Below are positions 24,201-36,191 of a stretch of 64,000 nt of DNA, one piece after another. The notes under the pieces are model-generated. The model made no database searches, was not told where the DNA came from, and was given only the letters and a program-made list of their open reading frames with translations. The stretch covers positions 512,001-576,000 of the forward strand of contig CAVQBA010000006.1 in NCBI GenBank assembly GCA_963710605.1, given 5' to 3'. This DNA is from an uncultured cyanobacterium. GTDB lineage: Bacteria > Cyanobacteriota > Cyanobacteriia > Cyanobacteriales > Cyanobacteriaceae. Position numbers and translations under genes: made by a program. Within the stretch, counting starts at the first letter, position 1. Each line of letters starts with the position of its first letter.

Positions 24201-25571
24201 TGTTAATATATTCAATAAATTCTGGTTGAACAGGGTTAGTGACATCATAGACAACGACTCCGCCAACTCTTTCTAAACCAACAAAGGCATAATTTTTATT
24301 CCCTACTTTACCGACTATAACGCCTTCTGGTTCGGCCCTTTATTATCAGAACGATTTTCAAAGGAATCGTTATCATCATTAGTAGCGTTAAAAAAATCGG
24401 GTAATCGCTCGGCAACAATTCGTTCTAATTGATCGCCACTGTCAAAAACAAGATTACCATTACTATCTAAAATAGAAAAAGAACGAGTACCATAACTTTG
24501 AAGTCGATCGATGTCTCCATCACCATCTAAATCACCATCAATAGAGGAAATAGTCAAACGTCCTAATTGATCATCGTTGGTAATATTTGGGTCAAAACTT
24601 TCGTCTAAAACTAAACCATTACGCCCAAAAGAAGTTACATCACCTAAATCTTTAACTCGTATGGCATCCCCTCTAGCATCAACATCTGCATCTCCTCTAT
24701 CATCACCTTCGTTGGCGATGACATAATATGTTTGCCCATCAAATTCGTAAGAAGCGATCGCATCGGGCATATACATTCCGAAAACAGGAACGGTATTAAT
24801 ATTAATGGCATCATCTCGATCGCTTGGATCTATACCATTACCATCAATACTATGATCTTTTAGACCTAGTGGTAAAATATTATCTACGGTTGCAGTGTCA
24901 AGATTAACAACAGCGATCGCATTATTTTCTTGTAGAGTAACATAGGCTTGAGTGCTATCTGCTGAAACTGCAATATATTCTGGTTCTAAATCTTGAGATA
25001 CTGTCGCATCAGGAAAAATTCTGACTCCATTTGCTCTTAAGTCTTGTAATTGACTATCAAAAGCAGTAAAACCTGCGGTAGTAACTGTAGCGTTATTGAT
25101 TCCATTACTAACATCAATGATACTAATCGAACCAACTGGATCAATCTCACCATCAGGCTCACCTTCGTTAGCAACTACTACTTTGTTACCATCAGGAGTA
25201 AACGTAAGCATATCGGGTAATGCAACCACTGTTACACTATTAACGGGGGTAACAGCAGTACTAAAATCGCTGTCAGTGTTGAAAAATAATACTTCACCAT
25301 TATCAGTTTGAGTATCAGCTTCAATTGCGATCGCAATAATTCCGTCCTTGACTGCAACACTATTTGCTCCTCCGCCTAAGATAGATGCGTCTATCTCGCC
25401 TATTTTATTAGGATTAGTAGGGTCACTTAAATCCAAAACATCGATCGTTACAGCTTGGGCATTAACCACAAACAATCTTTGAGTGAGGGGGTCAAATGCA
25501 GGTATTTCAGCGGCACTTTCATCAAATTGTCCTGTACTGTAAGTGCCAATTAAGTTGAGGTTAATAGCCAT
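21208..25571 (-). CDS. Large PhoA-like alkaline phosphatase/5'-nucleotidase fusion with DUF4114-like C-terminus; one frameshift (~24335) and one in-frame TGA (21370-21372)
   Basis: ANEGEP, DLEPEY, SDNKGP(EPEGV), LHASDLEG, AGDN, GNHDFD, ETNLGNL, NGGGIR, GFEDL...DFND; middle part open by manual translation. Confidence 0.88.
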
Positions 25572-25646
25572 ATTTACTCTTATATTTCTAATTATTACTA
25601 AATGATTTTTAGTAATAACGGATCACTTTAATAGAGTAACCAGAAC

Positions 25647-25686
25647 AAGTTAAATAGACGTTAAACAAGACTAAGAGAAGGTTAAT
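25647..25686 (-). promoter_or_regulatory. SphR/Pho box (four YTTAAYYW-like repeats)
   Basis: Minus strand ATTAACCT-N3-CTTAGTCT-N2-TTTAACGT-N3-TTTAACTT, upstream of the phosphatase gene. Confidence 0.75.
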
Positions 25687-25689
25687 TAA

Positions 25690-25845
25690 GAGTAATGAGT
25701 AATGAGTAAGGAGTAAGGAGTAAGGAGTAACAGGGAATAGAGAAGAAGGAAGTATTAATTGTCAATTGTCGTCTTGGTGGACATTCCCTTGCGTCTTTCG
25801 CCGACGCGGGCTTCCACCGCAATTGTCAATTGTCAATTATCAATA
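25690..25845. repeat. (GAGTAAG)n and (AATTGTC)n arrays; the latter contains a 50-bp hairpin element (25771-25820, reverse orientation)
   Basis: Insert is nearly identical to the reverse complement of 16088-16137. Confidence 0.9.
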
Positions 25846-25846
25846 A

Positions 25847-26965
25847 CTATCGCTCTAAAGAAAGCTCATCTTTGTTACCTAAAATTCCTTGAGGTCGCCA
25901 AATCATCAAAATCATTAGTACTAATCCAATTACCATGACTCTGAATGCACCAAGTTGAGAATCACTAATAAGATCAGAATTACTAAAAATAAAACGAGTA
26001 ATAGAGTCGTAGCCCCAAAATATCATTGCACCAAGCAAGACTCCTGCATTATTACCAGAACCACCTAAAATAACAATAATCCAGCAGTTGAAGGTTAGTA
26101 AAGGTTCAAAACTAGTCGGATAAATAGTAGTTAATTGCCAAGCATAAAAAGCACCTGCTATTCCTGCGATCGCTCCTCCTAACATAAAAGATTGTAATTT
26201 ATACCAAAAAACGTTTTTACCAAGGGCTTTAGCGATTTCTTCATCTTCTCGAATTGCTTTTAAGACTCTTCCCCATGGTGAATGTACAATAATATCTAAT
26301 CCGAAATAAACGATCGCTAAGGTAATGAGGATAAGTAACATCAACCCTGCCTTATAAGTATAGTTAGAAAGAGCGATCGTACCATTGATATAGACTAACA
26401 AAATTAAAGCAAAAGCTAACATACCCCAACCATAAGTAGCGGTTTTGTTCGGCGGTTGATAACTTTTCCCTTGAATATCTTTACCTAGTTGTAAACGTTG
26501 TTTTATATTACGCCATAATTGCCATGTCGTGAAAACAGCTAAGATAGTCAAAATACCAATCATCATTATTCTTCCTAAAGGATTGGGTTGAAAATCGCCA
26601 AAAGGTAACTGATAACCTTGAATCCCAAATGTACCTCTAGTTAACCATTCTTCATTTTGAACGATTAAACGAATTAATTCTGATACCCCAATAGTAACAA
26701 TTGCTAAATAATCTTCTCTTAATTTTAAAGTACTAAAACCAATTAATAAACCCAGTATTGATGCGCCGATAGCCCCAATTATCATGGCAATAAATAATGG
26801 TACACCTTGCCCGGCTAATAATACTGTAAGATAAGCACCGATTGTCATGAAGGCAACATGACCAAAATTAATTAAACCTGTAAATCCCCACTGTAAATTT
26901 AAACCTAAAGCAAACAAACCATATAAACTAGCAGAGATTGTCAAAAAGACTAGATATTCAACCAT
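25847..26965 (-). CDS. Branched-chain/neutral amino-acid ABC permease (LivM/NatC-like)
   Basis: LGLNLQWGFTGLINFGH, LREDYLAIVT, GRVLKAIREDE. Confidence 0.9.
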   Translation of the reverse strand: MVEYLVFLTISASLYGLFALGLNLQWGFTGLINFGHVAFMTIGAYLTVLLAGQGVPLFIAMIIGAIGASILGLLIGFSTLKLREDYLAIVTIGVSELIRLIVQNEEWLTRGTFGIQGYQLPFGDFQPNPLGRIMMIGILTILAVFTTWQLWRNIKQRLQLGKDIQGKSYQPPNKTATYGWGMLAFALILLVYINGTIALSNYTYKAGLMLLILITLAIVYFGLDIIVHSPWGRVLKAIREDEEIAKALGKNVFWYKLQSFMLGGAIAGIAGAFYAWQLTTIYPTSFEPLLTFNCWIIVILGGSGNNAGVLLGAMIFWGYDSITRFIFSNSDLISDSQLGAFRVMVIGLVLMILMIWRPQGILGNKDELSLER

Positions 26966-27181
26966 GACAACTGTTTTTTTCTTTAAAGCACAAGTAAACT
27001 TAACATCATAGCCAAAATTGTCATTTTTATAAAATCTGTCATGATTTACTCAACTTATAGATAAGCAAAGATTGAATTAGACAACAAACAGATACTATAA
27101 TGACAGTTTGAAATTAAAGCTTTGAAACCATTATCAATCTTATCAAGCAAATCATTATATATAGTAAGTTAATTAAAAAAA

Positions 27182-28323
27182 GTGGTAAATACTACTCGTG
27201 CGAGCATCAGAAAGAACCAAAAACGTCAGTTAGCCACCGAAATTGGTGCGATTGTTGCTATCGGAATTATCTTAGTGATCGTTTTACCTTTATTCTTAAG
27301 TCCATTCCGACTTCAATTATTAGGTAGATTTTTAGCCTTAGCGATCGTTGCTTTAGGAATTGATTTAATCTGGGGTTATACAGGATTGTTAAGTTTAGGT
27401 CATGGTATTTTCTTTGCTTTAGGTGGATATGCGATCGCTATGTACCTGAAATTGCAATTACCTGATGGGCAGTTACCTGAGTTTTTTACTCTTTATGGAG
27501 TTAAAGAATTACCTTTTTTTGGCAACCATTTTATTCTTTTCCTTTTACTATTCTGGCTATTTTTGTCGTACCGGCTATCGTAGCGGGCATACTTGGTTAT
27601 TTAGTTTTTCGTAATCGTATTAAAGGGGTTTATTTTTCGATTATTACCCAAGCGGCTTTAATTGTCTTTTTCAACTTTTTTAATGGACAACAAGAATTAA
27701 TTAATGGTACTAATGGTTTAAAAACAGATAGCGAGATGATTTTTGGTGTTGTCGCTAGTTCGCAAACTGCTCAAGTTGCTTTTTATCAATGTACAATCGT
27801 CTTTTTATTATTAGCTTATCTTTTGTGTCGATGGCTAACTAACGGTAGATTAGGGCGTTTGTTGATTGCTATTCGTGATGATGAAAATAGAGTTCGCTTT
27901 TCAGGTTACAATCCGACAGGTTTTAAAGTCTTGGTTTTTGCTGTCTCAGGTGCGATCGCAGGAGTGGCAGGTGCTTTATATACTCTACAAACAGGAATTA
28001 TCACCCCTAGCATCATGGAAGTCGCATTTTCGATCGAAATGGTCATTTGGGTGGCAGTGGGTGGTAGAGGTACTTTGATTGGGGCGATTATTGGTACTTT
28101 ACTCGTTCGCTTCGGGCAAACATTTTTAAGCGAGCAATACCCAGAAATTTGGTTATTTTTCCAAGGTGCGTTATTTTTGATGGTAGTAACCGTTTTACCC
28201 GATGGAATAGTCGGCTGGTGGAATGATTGGGCTTGGGTCAAAATCAAATCAGTCTTAGGTTTAAAACCTAATCTAGTTTCCTATCCTGCAATCGAAAATA
28301 AATCCGAAATAGATTCAGAATAA
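27182..28323 (+). CDS. urtC: Urea ABC transporter permease UrtC; frameshift in T-run near 27515
   Basis: [53 protein letters not shown]. Confidence 0.9.
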
Positions 28324-28731
28324 TCAACTCAAGCAAGATTATTATCTATTATTTAGGAGATAAAAATTAGTCTTGTTTGTATTTGTATTGTTAGAAAATA
28401 AAAAATTAAGGCGCTCAAAGTAAAACTATATTTTGAGCTTGGTACGATCATAAAGATCAACGGTATTAACAATAATGTTTCAATGACATTATAATTATCG
28501 CAGAAGGTATCAAAACCCTTAAGCAGTAGTTCTATTTTTCCACGAACTGATGACGAATCTCGCCCATTGAAAACGAACAAAAAAAGCTGAGCGTAAAAGT
28601 TACAATAGAGTGTGCGGGTGTTTAAAAAAAAAAAATTAGCCGATAAAACAATAATATTTGAAAATTTTCAAATATGTTGTCTGATTACTACTTAACACCT
28701 AACACCTAAAAACCCAACACCTAAAAATCTA

Positions 28732-30288
28732 ATGGCTAAAACCAGAACTGTCTATATCTGTAATTCTTGTGGTGCAGAATCTTCTCAGTGGTTTGGTAAA
28801 TGTCCTAGTTGTGATGTTTACGGTAGTTTAGAAGAATCTGTAATTAATGGCAATAATAGTAATGGTCATTTTAATCGTAGTAATTGGCAATCTGGTAAAA
28901 AAGAAGCTAATCGTAATTTAGTCGAGCCTAAAGCGAGAATATCAGTTAAGTTTTCTGATATTACAGAACAAGAACAACCCCGTATGGAGTCAGGTTATCA
29001 AGAACTCGATCGAGTTTTAGGTGGTGGTATTGTACCCGGCTCTCTTATTTTAATTGGTGGAGACCCCGGAATTGGTAAATCAACTTTATTGTTACAAACC
29101 GCAAATCAGTTAGCTATTCGTTTTCCTCGTATTCTTTACGTTTCAGCCGAAGAATCAGGGCAACAAATCAAATTAAGGGCTTCTCGTTTGGGTGTAGGGG
29201 CTTCACAAGAGCAAGAGCAAGAGAAGGAGCAAGAGAAGGAGCAACAATCCAAATCAGAGCCAAAAAAAGGTAAAAGCCCCAGCAAAAAAAAACAGTTAAA
29301 AGAGGAACATCTTGATCCGAATTTGTATGTATTAGCAGAAACAGATTTAGAAGAAATTTTGCGAGAATTAGAGTCTTTAAAACCACAAGTTGCTATTATC
29401 GATAGTATTCAAACTCTCCATTTTGCCACTCTTAATTCAGCCCCTGGTTCTGTTTCTCAGGTGAGAGAATGTACTTCTGCTTTAATGCAAGTAGCGAAAA
29501 GAGAAAACATTACTTTATTTATTGTTGGTCATGTTACTAAAGAAGGTGCGATCGCAGGACCGAGAGTTTTAGAACATTTAGTTGATACTGTCTTATATTT
29601 TGAGGGCGATCGTTATGCTTCTCATCGTCTATTACGATCGGTCAAAAATCGTTTTGGGGCAACTCACGAAATCGGTATTTTTGAAATGGTTGATCATGGT
29701 TTGGATGAGGTGACTAATCCTTCAGAAATATTTATGAGTAACCGTGATGAAAGATCTCCTGGTACTGCTACGATCGTCTCTTGTGAAGGTACTCGCTCTT
29801 TGGTGGTCGAATTACAAGCATTAGTAAGCCCAACTAGTTATACTTCTCCTCGACGTTCAACCACAGGAGTAGATTACAACCGTCTGCAACAAATTCTCGC
29901 AGTTTTAGAAAAAAGAGTCGGTATTCCTTTATCCAAGTTAGATGCTTATCTAGCTTCGGCTGGTGGCTTAGGTGTAGAAGAGCCTGCGGCTGACTTAGGT
30001 ATTGCGATCGCCCTCGTAGCTAGTTTTCGTGATCGAGTAGTCGATCCAGGTACAATCTTAATTGGCGAAATCGGTTTAGGAGGACAAGTACGTCTTGTTT
30101 CGCAAATGGAATTAAGATTAAAAGAAGCGGCGAAATTAGGCTTTCAACGAGCTATAGTGCCTAAAGGGCAGACTTACTCTACTGATTTAGGTTTAGAAAT
30201 TTTAAGCGTCGGTAAAGTGATAGATGCGATCGGTTTAGCTATTCCTCATAATCAAGATACTTCGGAAAATGATGATGATGATGAGTAG
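28732..30288 (+). CDS. radA: DNA repair protein RadA/Sms
   Basis: C4 zinc finger, GDPGIGKST, KNRFG, Lon-like C-terminus. Confidence 0.97.
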   Translation: MAKTRTVYICNSCGAESSQWFGKCPSCDVYGSLEESVINGNNSNGHFNRSNWQSGKKEANRNLVEPKARISVKFSDITEQEQPRMESGYQELDRVLGGGIVPGSLILIGGDPGIGKSTLLLQTANQLAIRFPRILYVSAEESGQQIKLRASRLGVGASQEQEQEKEQEKEQQSKSEPKKGKSPSKKKQLKEEHLDPNLYVLAETDLEEILRELESLKPQVAIIDSIQTLHFATLNSAPGSVSQVRECTSALMQVAKRENITLFIVGHVTKEGAIAGPRVLEHLVDTVLYFEGDRYASHRLLRSVKNRFGATHEIGIFEMVDHGLDEVTNPSEIFMSNRDERSPGTATIVSCEGTRSLVVELQALVSPTSYTSPRRSTTGVDYNRLQQILAVLEKRVGIPLSKLDAYLASAGGLGVEEPAADLGIAIALVASFRDRVVDPGTILIGEIGLGGQVRLVSQMELRLKEAAKLGFQRAIVPKGQTYSTDLGLEILSVGKVIDAIGLAIPHNQDTSENDDDDE

Positions 30289-30393
30289 TTAATAAATAAT
30301 AATTATCTTGTTACTGTGATATTTGCGATTAATGGTGAGAAAAATGGGCATACTTATGCAATATTGATTAGTCATTGGTAATTTAAAGAAAAG

Positions 30394-31275
30394 ATGAAAA
30401 TCTTAGTAACAATCGCACATTTTTTTAAGCAACAAGAAGATGGAAAATATGGTTCACAGAGAAATCCAGAGCCACGTCTAAGAGCGTTAAACCAATCAAT
30501 ACTCTCTTTACAACAATTATTTGGCATCAACCCTTTAATGATTCAAGTATGGCAAAAAGATACCATTCAAGCTAATCAACTGCAAAATAGCCAATTAGAC
30601 ATTGTCATTTGTACAACAGGAGAAAATCATTTAGTTGAGCAAATATCTTTACCAAAAAGTTTATTTACTCATTATAATACCGATTCTGAACCACTTTTTT
30701 TAGGTTATGAATGTCATAAATTTTTAGCGGAAAATTTAGATAAATATGATTATTATTGTTTTTTAGAAGATGATTTAATTATTCATGATCCTAATTTTTT
30801 TACTAAGCTAGATTGGTTTAATCAAGTTACCGATATGCACAAAGTTTTGTTTCCTAATCGTTATGAATTAGGTTTGAGTCAATACACAGGTAAATGTTAT
30901 GTTGATGGTGATTTGAGAGCAGGTGTAACTCAACCATTTCAAAATATTAATCATGAGCCAGAATTAGCAGGTAAAGTGATGAATCAGCAGGTTATTTTTC
31001 GTCGCCCATTAAATCCTCATTCGGGTTGTTTTTTTCTAACTAATGAACAACTTAAACATTGGACAAAACAAGATTATTTTTTAGATAAAGACGATCGTTT
31101 TATTGGACCATTAGAAAGTGCCGCTACACTAGGTATTATGAGAACTTTTCAAATCTATAAACCGGCACCTGAAACTGCTAACTTTTTAGAAATTCATCAT
31201 TGGGGAACTTCTTATATGAGTTTGTTGGGTTCGGTTGTTTCTATTAATCATAAAAAAATCAAAAAAATTAATTAA
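30394..31275 (+). CDS. Hypothetical protein, GT-A-like (EDD motif)
   Basis: YDYYCFLEDDL, NPHSGCFFL. Confidence 0.65.
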   Translation: MKILVTIAHFFKQQEDGKYGSQRNPEPRLRALNQSILSLQQLFGINPLMIQVWQKDTIQANQLQNSQLDIVICTTGENHLVEQISLPKSLFTHYNTDSEPLFLGYECHKFLAENLDKYDYYCFLEDDLIIHDPNFFTKLDWFNQVTDMHKVLFPNRYELGLSQYTGKCYVDGDLRAGVTQPFQNINHEPELAGKVMNQQVIFRRPLNPHSGCFFLTNEQLKHWTKQDYFLDKDDRFIGPLESAATLGIMRTFQIYKPAPETANFLEIHHWGTSYMSLLGSVVSINHKKIKKIN

Positions 31276-31386
31276 AATTATAATCAGGGTTGTAGTAAGA
31301 ACTAAAAAAGTCTTTGATCTAACTTTCAACATCATTAATTGCCGATTAGCAAACAAGCTCAAGTTAGTAAACAAGATTATGATCAA

Positions 31387-32259
31387 CTACAATAATAAAT
31401 TTAAAGGAATAATCGGAGTTGCACCTTGAACTGATGCTACATAAGCACCTATTTGATTAGCAAGTACAGTAATTTTTTGAGGAGACAAACCGGCTAAATA
31501 CTGGGTAATTATCACCGCACTAACAGCATCTCCTGCACCAACCGAGTCAGCATTTTGATCTAAATTATTAATTTCTACTGGAATAGCAGTTGTTTCTCCT
31601 GACTCATCTATCCATTTAGTACCTAATTTTCCTTGGGTTAAAACAATCCATTTTAGGTTATATTTTTCTAACCAACTATGAATATTACGATCGAAATTAA
31701 GGTTTTTTTGTAAATAATTAGCTTCAGCTAAATTTAATTTTAATCCATCTGCTAAAGCGATACTTTTATTAATTATCTCGCTTGAAACAAAAGGGATTCT
31801 TAAATTTAAATCAAGCATTTTGAAACCAGAAAAACAATCGATAATTTGATATATAGTTGCCCTTGTTCGATCATTTCTTTGAGCTAAAGTCCCAAAATAA
31901 AGACAATCATAATCTTGAATATCGATCGTTAATTGCTGATTATATTGTAAATAATCCCAGGCTACGTCTTTGATGATTGAATAATTAGGCTCATTTGTTT
32001 GTTGAGAAGAAAACTCAATTTCTACCCTTCCTGTAGGTTTAGATTCATCCCATTGGATATATTGAATATCAACTCCTCTATCCGCCAAAATATCAAATAT
32101 TTCTTCTCCTAATTCATCCTCACCAATTTTAGTTAACAAAGCTACTTGTGCACCTAATTGTACTCCGTGAACCGCAAAATTTAAAGGTGCACCTCCTAAG
32201 ACTTTTTGCTCAGGAAAATAGTCAAATAAAGCTTCACCAATGGACAAAATTTTAGTCAT
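31387..32259 (-). CDS. PfkB-family carbohydrate kinase (fructokinase-like)
   Basis: GGAPLNFA, DLNLR, DSVGAGD. Confidence 0.9.
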   Translation of the reverse strand: MTKILSIGEALFDYFPEQKVLGGAPLNFAVHGVQLGAQVALLTKIGEDELGEEIFDILADRGVDIQYIQWDESKPTGRVEIEFSSQQTNEPNYSIIKDVAWDYLQYNQQLTIDIQDYDCLYFGTLAQRNDRTRATIYQIIDCFSGFKMLDLNLRIPFVSSEIINKSIALADGLKLNLAEANYLQKNLNFDRNIHSWLEKYNLKWIVLTQGKLGTKWIDESGETTAIPVEINNLDQNADSVGAGDAVSAVIITQYLAGLSPQKITVLANQIGAYVASVQGATPIIPLNLLL

Positions 32260-32481
32260 AATTGTTGATCATGATTCTCGTTGATATATAATAATGTTAT
32301 TACTTTATAAATATATAAAACACGACAAATATATTATTTATTTTATGTCTATTAGGACAATTATATTAGATTATTCTCGCTTTCTGGAAAGTCAAAATAC
32401 TAATTTATTAATTTTTTGTTTTAGTTAAATAGATAAAATTAATTAAATAATACTACATCTTATTTAGACAATAGTTACTAC

Positions 32482-34421
32482 TTGTTGTTTTCGACGCTAA
32501 TGAATCAATCATTAATTTTAAGTTTAATTTTTTGTGGTGCTTTAACTATGTTATTAGGCATTATAGAAACAAATGTTATTTTTGAATATCTCCGTAGGAG
32601 TAATTATCAACAATATTGGAAAAATCTAAGATATTTAATGATTTTCTTCCTTTTTGGTTATATTATTACTTTTGGTTTATTTATATTTGAACAATACGCT
32701 ATTTTACTTCTATTAATGGGAGTTATTTTCTTTTTAGGAGCTTTATTTGTACTTTTTGTTGTCAAAATAAGTTTATTAAGCATGAAAGATTTAACTAAAT
32801 CAATTTCACGCAGAGTAGAATTAGAGCAAGAAAAAGAAAAAATTAAAGCAGTTAACTATGAAAAATCGCTTTTTTTAGCAACTATGAGTCACGAAATTAG
32901 GACTCCAATGAATGCTATTTTGGGAATGACTAATTTATTGTTACTAGATACTCAAATATCAGATGAACAAAAAGACTTATTAGAAATAGTTAAAACTAGT
33001 AGTGATAGTCTCTTAGTAATCATTAACGATATTCTCGATTTTTCAAGATTAGAATCAGGAACAATAACTATTCAAAAAACCTTTTTTAATTTACGTAATT
33101 GCGTAGAAAATATAATCGATCTGGTTAATATTCAAGTAGAAGAAAAACAACTATTATTATGCTTTAAAATAGATAAAAACGTTCCTGATTTAATTTGTAC
33201 TGATGAAAATCGTTTACGTCAAGTATTGTTAAATTTAATTAATAATGCCATTAAGTTTACCGAAAAAGGCGAAATTATTTTGCTAGTAAGTAAACAGTCA
33301 GATGAAAAGATTTTGTTTACTATTCAAGATACAGGTATTGGTATTTCAGAAGCAAGTTTATCTAAATTGTTTAAACCTTTTTCTCAAGTAGATTTTTCCG
33401 CTAATCGCAAATTTGAAGGTACTGGTTTAGGTTTAGCAATTAGTCAGAAACTAATTGAAATTTTAGAAGGTAAAATTTGGGTAGAAAGTCAATTTCAAAA
33501 AGGAACAATTTTTTATTTTAATATTGATGCTAAAACTACTTTTTCTACTTCTTTTGCCACAAAAAGTATCAAAAATAAAGCTACTCAATTTAAACATAAA
33601 AAAATATTAATTATTTGTCCCCCTAATGATTACTTTTATGATTTTATTATCCAACAATTATTAGATTGGGATATGTATATTATTCACTTACATTCTAGTA
33701 AAAAGGCTTTAAATAATTTAACTATTACTAAAACTCATTACGATACTGTCTTGATAAGTGAATATATTTATCGAATATCTAGCTGGGAAATTCAGCAAGA
33801 ATTACAACAGTGGCATCAGTCAACTCAAATTCCTTTTATTTTGGTAGCTAAAAGCCAAGCAAATGCTCATGATTTGGTCGATATTTTCCAAATCAATTAG
33901 TCTCTCCGATTAAACGAAAAAAATTTATGAATATTTTAGCTCAAAGTTTGAATATCAATGATGACAATCAGCAATATATTGATAAAAGTCTCAAAGATAA
34001 CTCAAATTTAAATGAAAATATTTTATCTTCTCTATTTCCTTTAAATATTTTGGTTGCTGAAGACAATAAGTTTAATCAAAAGTTAGCTAAGTTAGTATTT
34101 TTAAAATTAGGTTATTCAGTTGATATTGCCGATAATGGTTTAAATGTTTTAGAAAAAATGAAAGACAAAAACTATGATTTTGTTTTTATGGATATTTCGA
34201 TGCCCATAATGGATGGATTTGAAACTACTAGTTTGATTCTAGAACAAGAATACGATCGAAAACCAGTCATTGTTGCTATGACAGCTAATGTGATGAAAGA
34301 AGTTCAAAATAAATGTTTTAATGTCGGTATGAAAGACTTTATCCCTAAACCAATAAAACTTGAAGAAATTGAAAGAGTAATTCGTCAATGGGCAGGAGAA
34401 CAATTGACAATTGACAATTGA
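32482..34421 (+). CDS. Membrane-bound hybrid histidine kinase; frameshift near 33875 separates the C-terminal receiver
   Basis: MSHEIRTPMN, NAIKFT, DTGIG, GTGLGL; second ORF has VAEDN, MDISMP, KP. Confidence 0.88.
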
Positions 34422-34467
34422 CAGTTGACAATTAATATGGGCAAACTAGAAATATAAATATCGATCG

Positions 34468-34713
34468 ATGAAATTAATTCTTTATAGTAAACCGGGATGT
34501 CATTTATGTGAGGGATTAGAAGAAAAAATCAAGCAAATCGAAAATGTAGAATTAGAAATAAGAAATATCACGACTAACGACGATTGGTGGCAAAAATATC
34601 AGTACGAAATTCCTGTTTTATACAAAGTTACCTCAACACAACCAAGATTAATTCCTCGCTTATCTCCACGTATATCGGTTACTCAATTAAATAAAACACT
34701 ACAAAAATATTAA
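34468..34713 (+). CDS. Glutaredoxin-like protein (DUF836-like)
   Basis: YSKPGCHLC, YEIPVL. Confidence 0.88.
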   Translation: MKLILYSKPGCHLCEGLEEKIKQIENVELEIRNITTNDDWWQKYQYEIPVLYKVTSTQPRLIPRLSPRISVTQLNKTLQKY

Positions 34714-36125
34714 TTATTATTATTGTTTTCAATCGTTTCTAATCTTAATTGATTTCGACCGTTATTTTTAGCTTGATATAAAGCACTATCTGCTTTTTTA
34801 ATTAATAATTTGAGTAATAAGCTTTGATTAAGACTAGAAGTCGGAAAAATAGAAGTTAATCCCAAACTAAGAGTAATATGACTAGCAATAGAAGACTTTT
34901 GATGAGGAATATTAAGCGATTCAACTTGCTGACGCATTGTTTGAGCAATTTGTGTAGCATCTTCTAACGAAGCATTAGGTAAAATAATCGCAAACTCTTC
35001 ACCGCCATAACGAGCAGTTAGATGAGAATGACGTTGGGCTATACTATCTAATGTTTGAGCAATTTGAATTAAACATTCATCACCTTTTTGATGTCCATAA
35101 AAATCATTATAGTCTTTAAAAAAATCAACATCGCAAATAATTAATGATAAAGGCTGTTTTTGTCGGCTACATTTTTGCCATTGTTTTTTTAAAATTAAAT
35201 CGAAAGAATGTCGATTATAAACATTAGTCAAACTATCGGTAGTTGCTAGTTTATTTAGTTTTAATTCTAGTTGTTTTTTCTTGGTTATATCTCTAACCGT
35301 AATTGAAAAACCATCTCCTAATTTAACTACTATATAATGAAACCATTTACGCTTTTGTTTATAGTGATATTCTCTTTCTTCGTCTAAAGGTATTCCTGTT
35401 TCGACAACATCAATCAGTGCTGGAAATAATTGAGGATTGACTTTATTGATAAATTTTTTAACCACTAATCTACCTGTCAAATCTTCAGCTTCTCGTTCAA
35501 ATGTTTTGGCAATTATCGGATTGACAACTAAACAACGAAAATCTTCTATTTCACCTGTGATTGGATTTCTAACGGCTTCAACTGCGGCAATGGCATCTAA
35601 AGAAGAATTAAGTATGCTAGAAATAATTGCTCTTGATTGATATAAAATTGCTTCGGTTTCTTTTCTTTGTCTTATTTCTTGAATGAGAATTTTTTGCTCT
35701 TTTTCTAAAAGTTTTTTTTGTGATTGAATTGTTAATTGGCTATTAATTCTCGCTAACACTTCTTCTTCTTGAAAAGGTTTGGATACATAATCTATTCCAC
35801 CAACTTCAAATGCTTTTACTTTATCAAAAACATCATTTAAAGCACTAATAAATATTATGGGTATATTTTCAGTTTTCGGGTTAGATTTAAGGATACTACA
35901 GACTTCATAACCGTCCATATCAGGCATCATGATATCTAATAAAATCAAATCAGGAGGGCTTGATTGAGCGGCTAAAATAGCAGTCTCACCATCAATTGCT
36001 TTTTTTACTTTATAATTTTTTCCTTTTAACATTTGTGATAAGACTTTCAAGTTAGCTGGTTTATCATCAACTAACAAAATACTTTCTATGTTACTATTTT
36101 CTGAATTTAATTCTGATAAACTCAT
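34710..36125 (-). CDS. Response-regulator diguanylate cyclase (REC-PAS-like-GGDEF)
   Basis: LVDD, LDIMMP, KPF; DVDFFKDYND, ARYGGEEF, KNNGRN. Confidence 0.93.
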   Translation of the reverse strand: MSLSELNSENSNIESILLVDDKPANLKVLSQMLKGKNYKVKKAIDGETAILAAQSSPPDLILLDIMMPDMDGYEVCSILKSNPKTENIPIIFISALNDVFDKVKAFEVGGIDYVSKPFQEEEVLARINSQLTIQSQKKLLEKEQKILIQEIRQRKETEAILYQSRAIISSILNSSLDAIAAVEAVRNPITGEIEDFRCLVVNPIIAKTFEREAEDLTGRLVVKKFINKVNPQLFPALIDVVETGIPLDEEREYHYKQKRKWFHYIVVKLGDGFSITVRDITKKKQLELKLNKLATTDSLTNVYNRHSFDLILKKQWQKCSRQKQPLSLIICDVDFFKDYNDFYGHQKGDECLIQIAQTLDSIAQRHSHLTARYGGEEFAIILPNASLEDATQIAQTMRQQVESLNIPHQKSSIASHITLSLGLTSIFPTSSLNQSLLLKLLIKKADSALYQAKNNGRNQLRLETIENNNNN

Positions 36126-36191
36126 TTTCTTTTAATTTTCCCTATCGAAATATCTTAGTAATTAATAATTATTTGATTTATCTGAGGCAAA

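Noticed and set aside
28353-28580. 75-aa ORF between urtC and radA
   Set aside because: Weak start and no convincing motif; at best an unidentifiable remnant.
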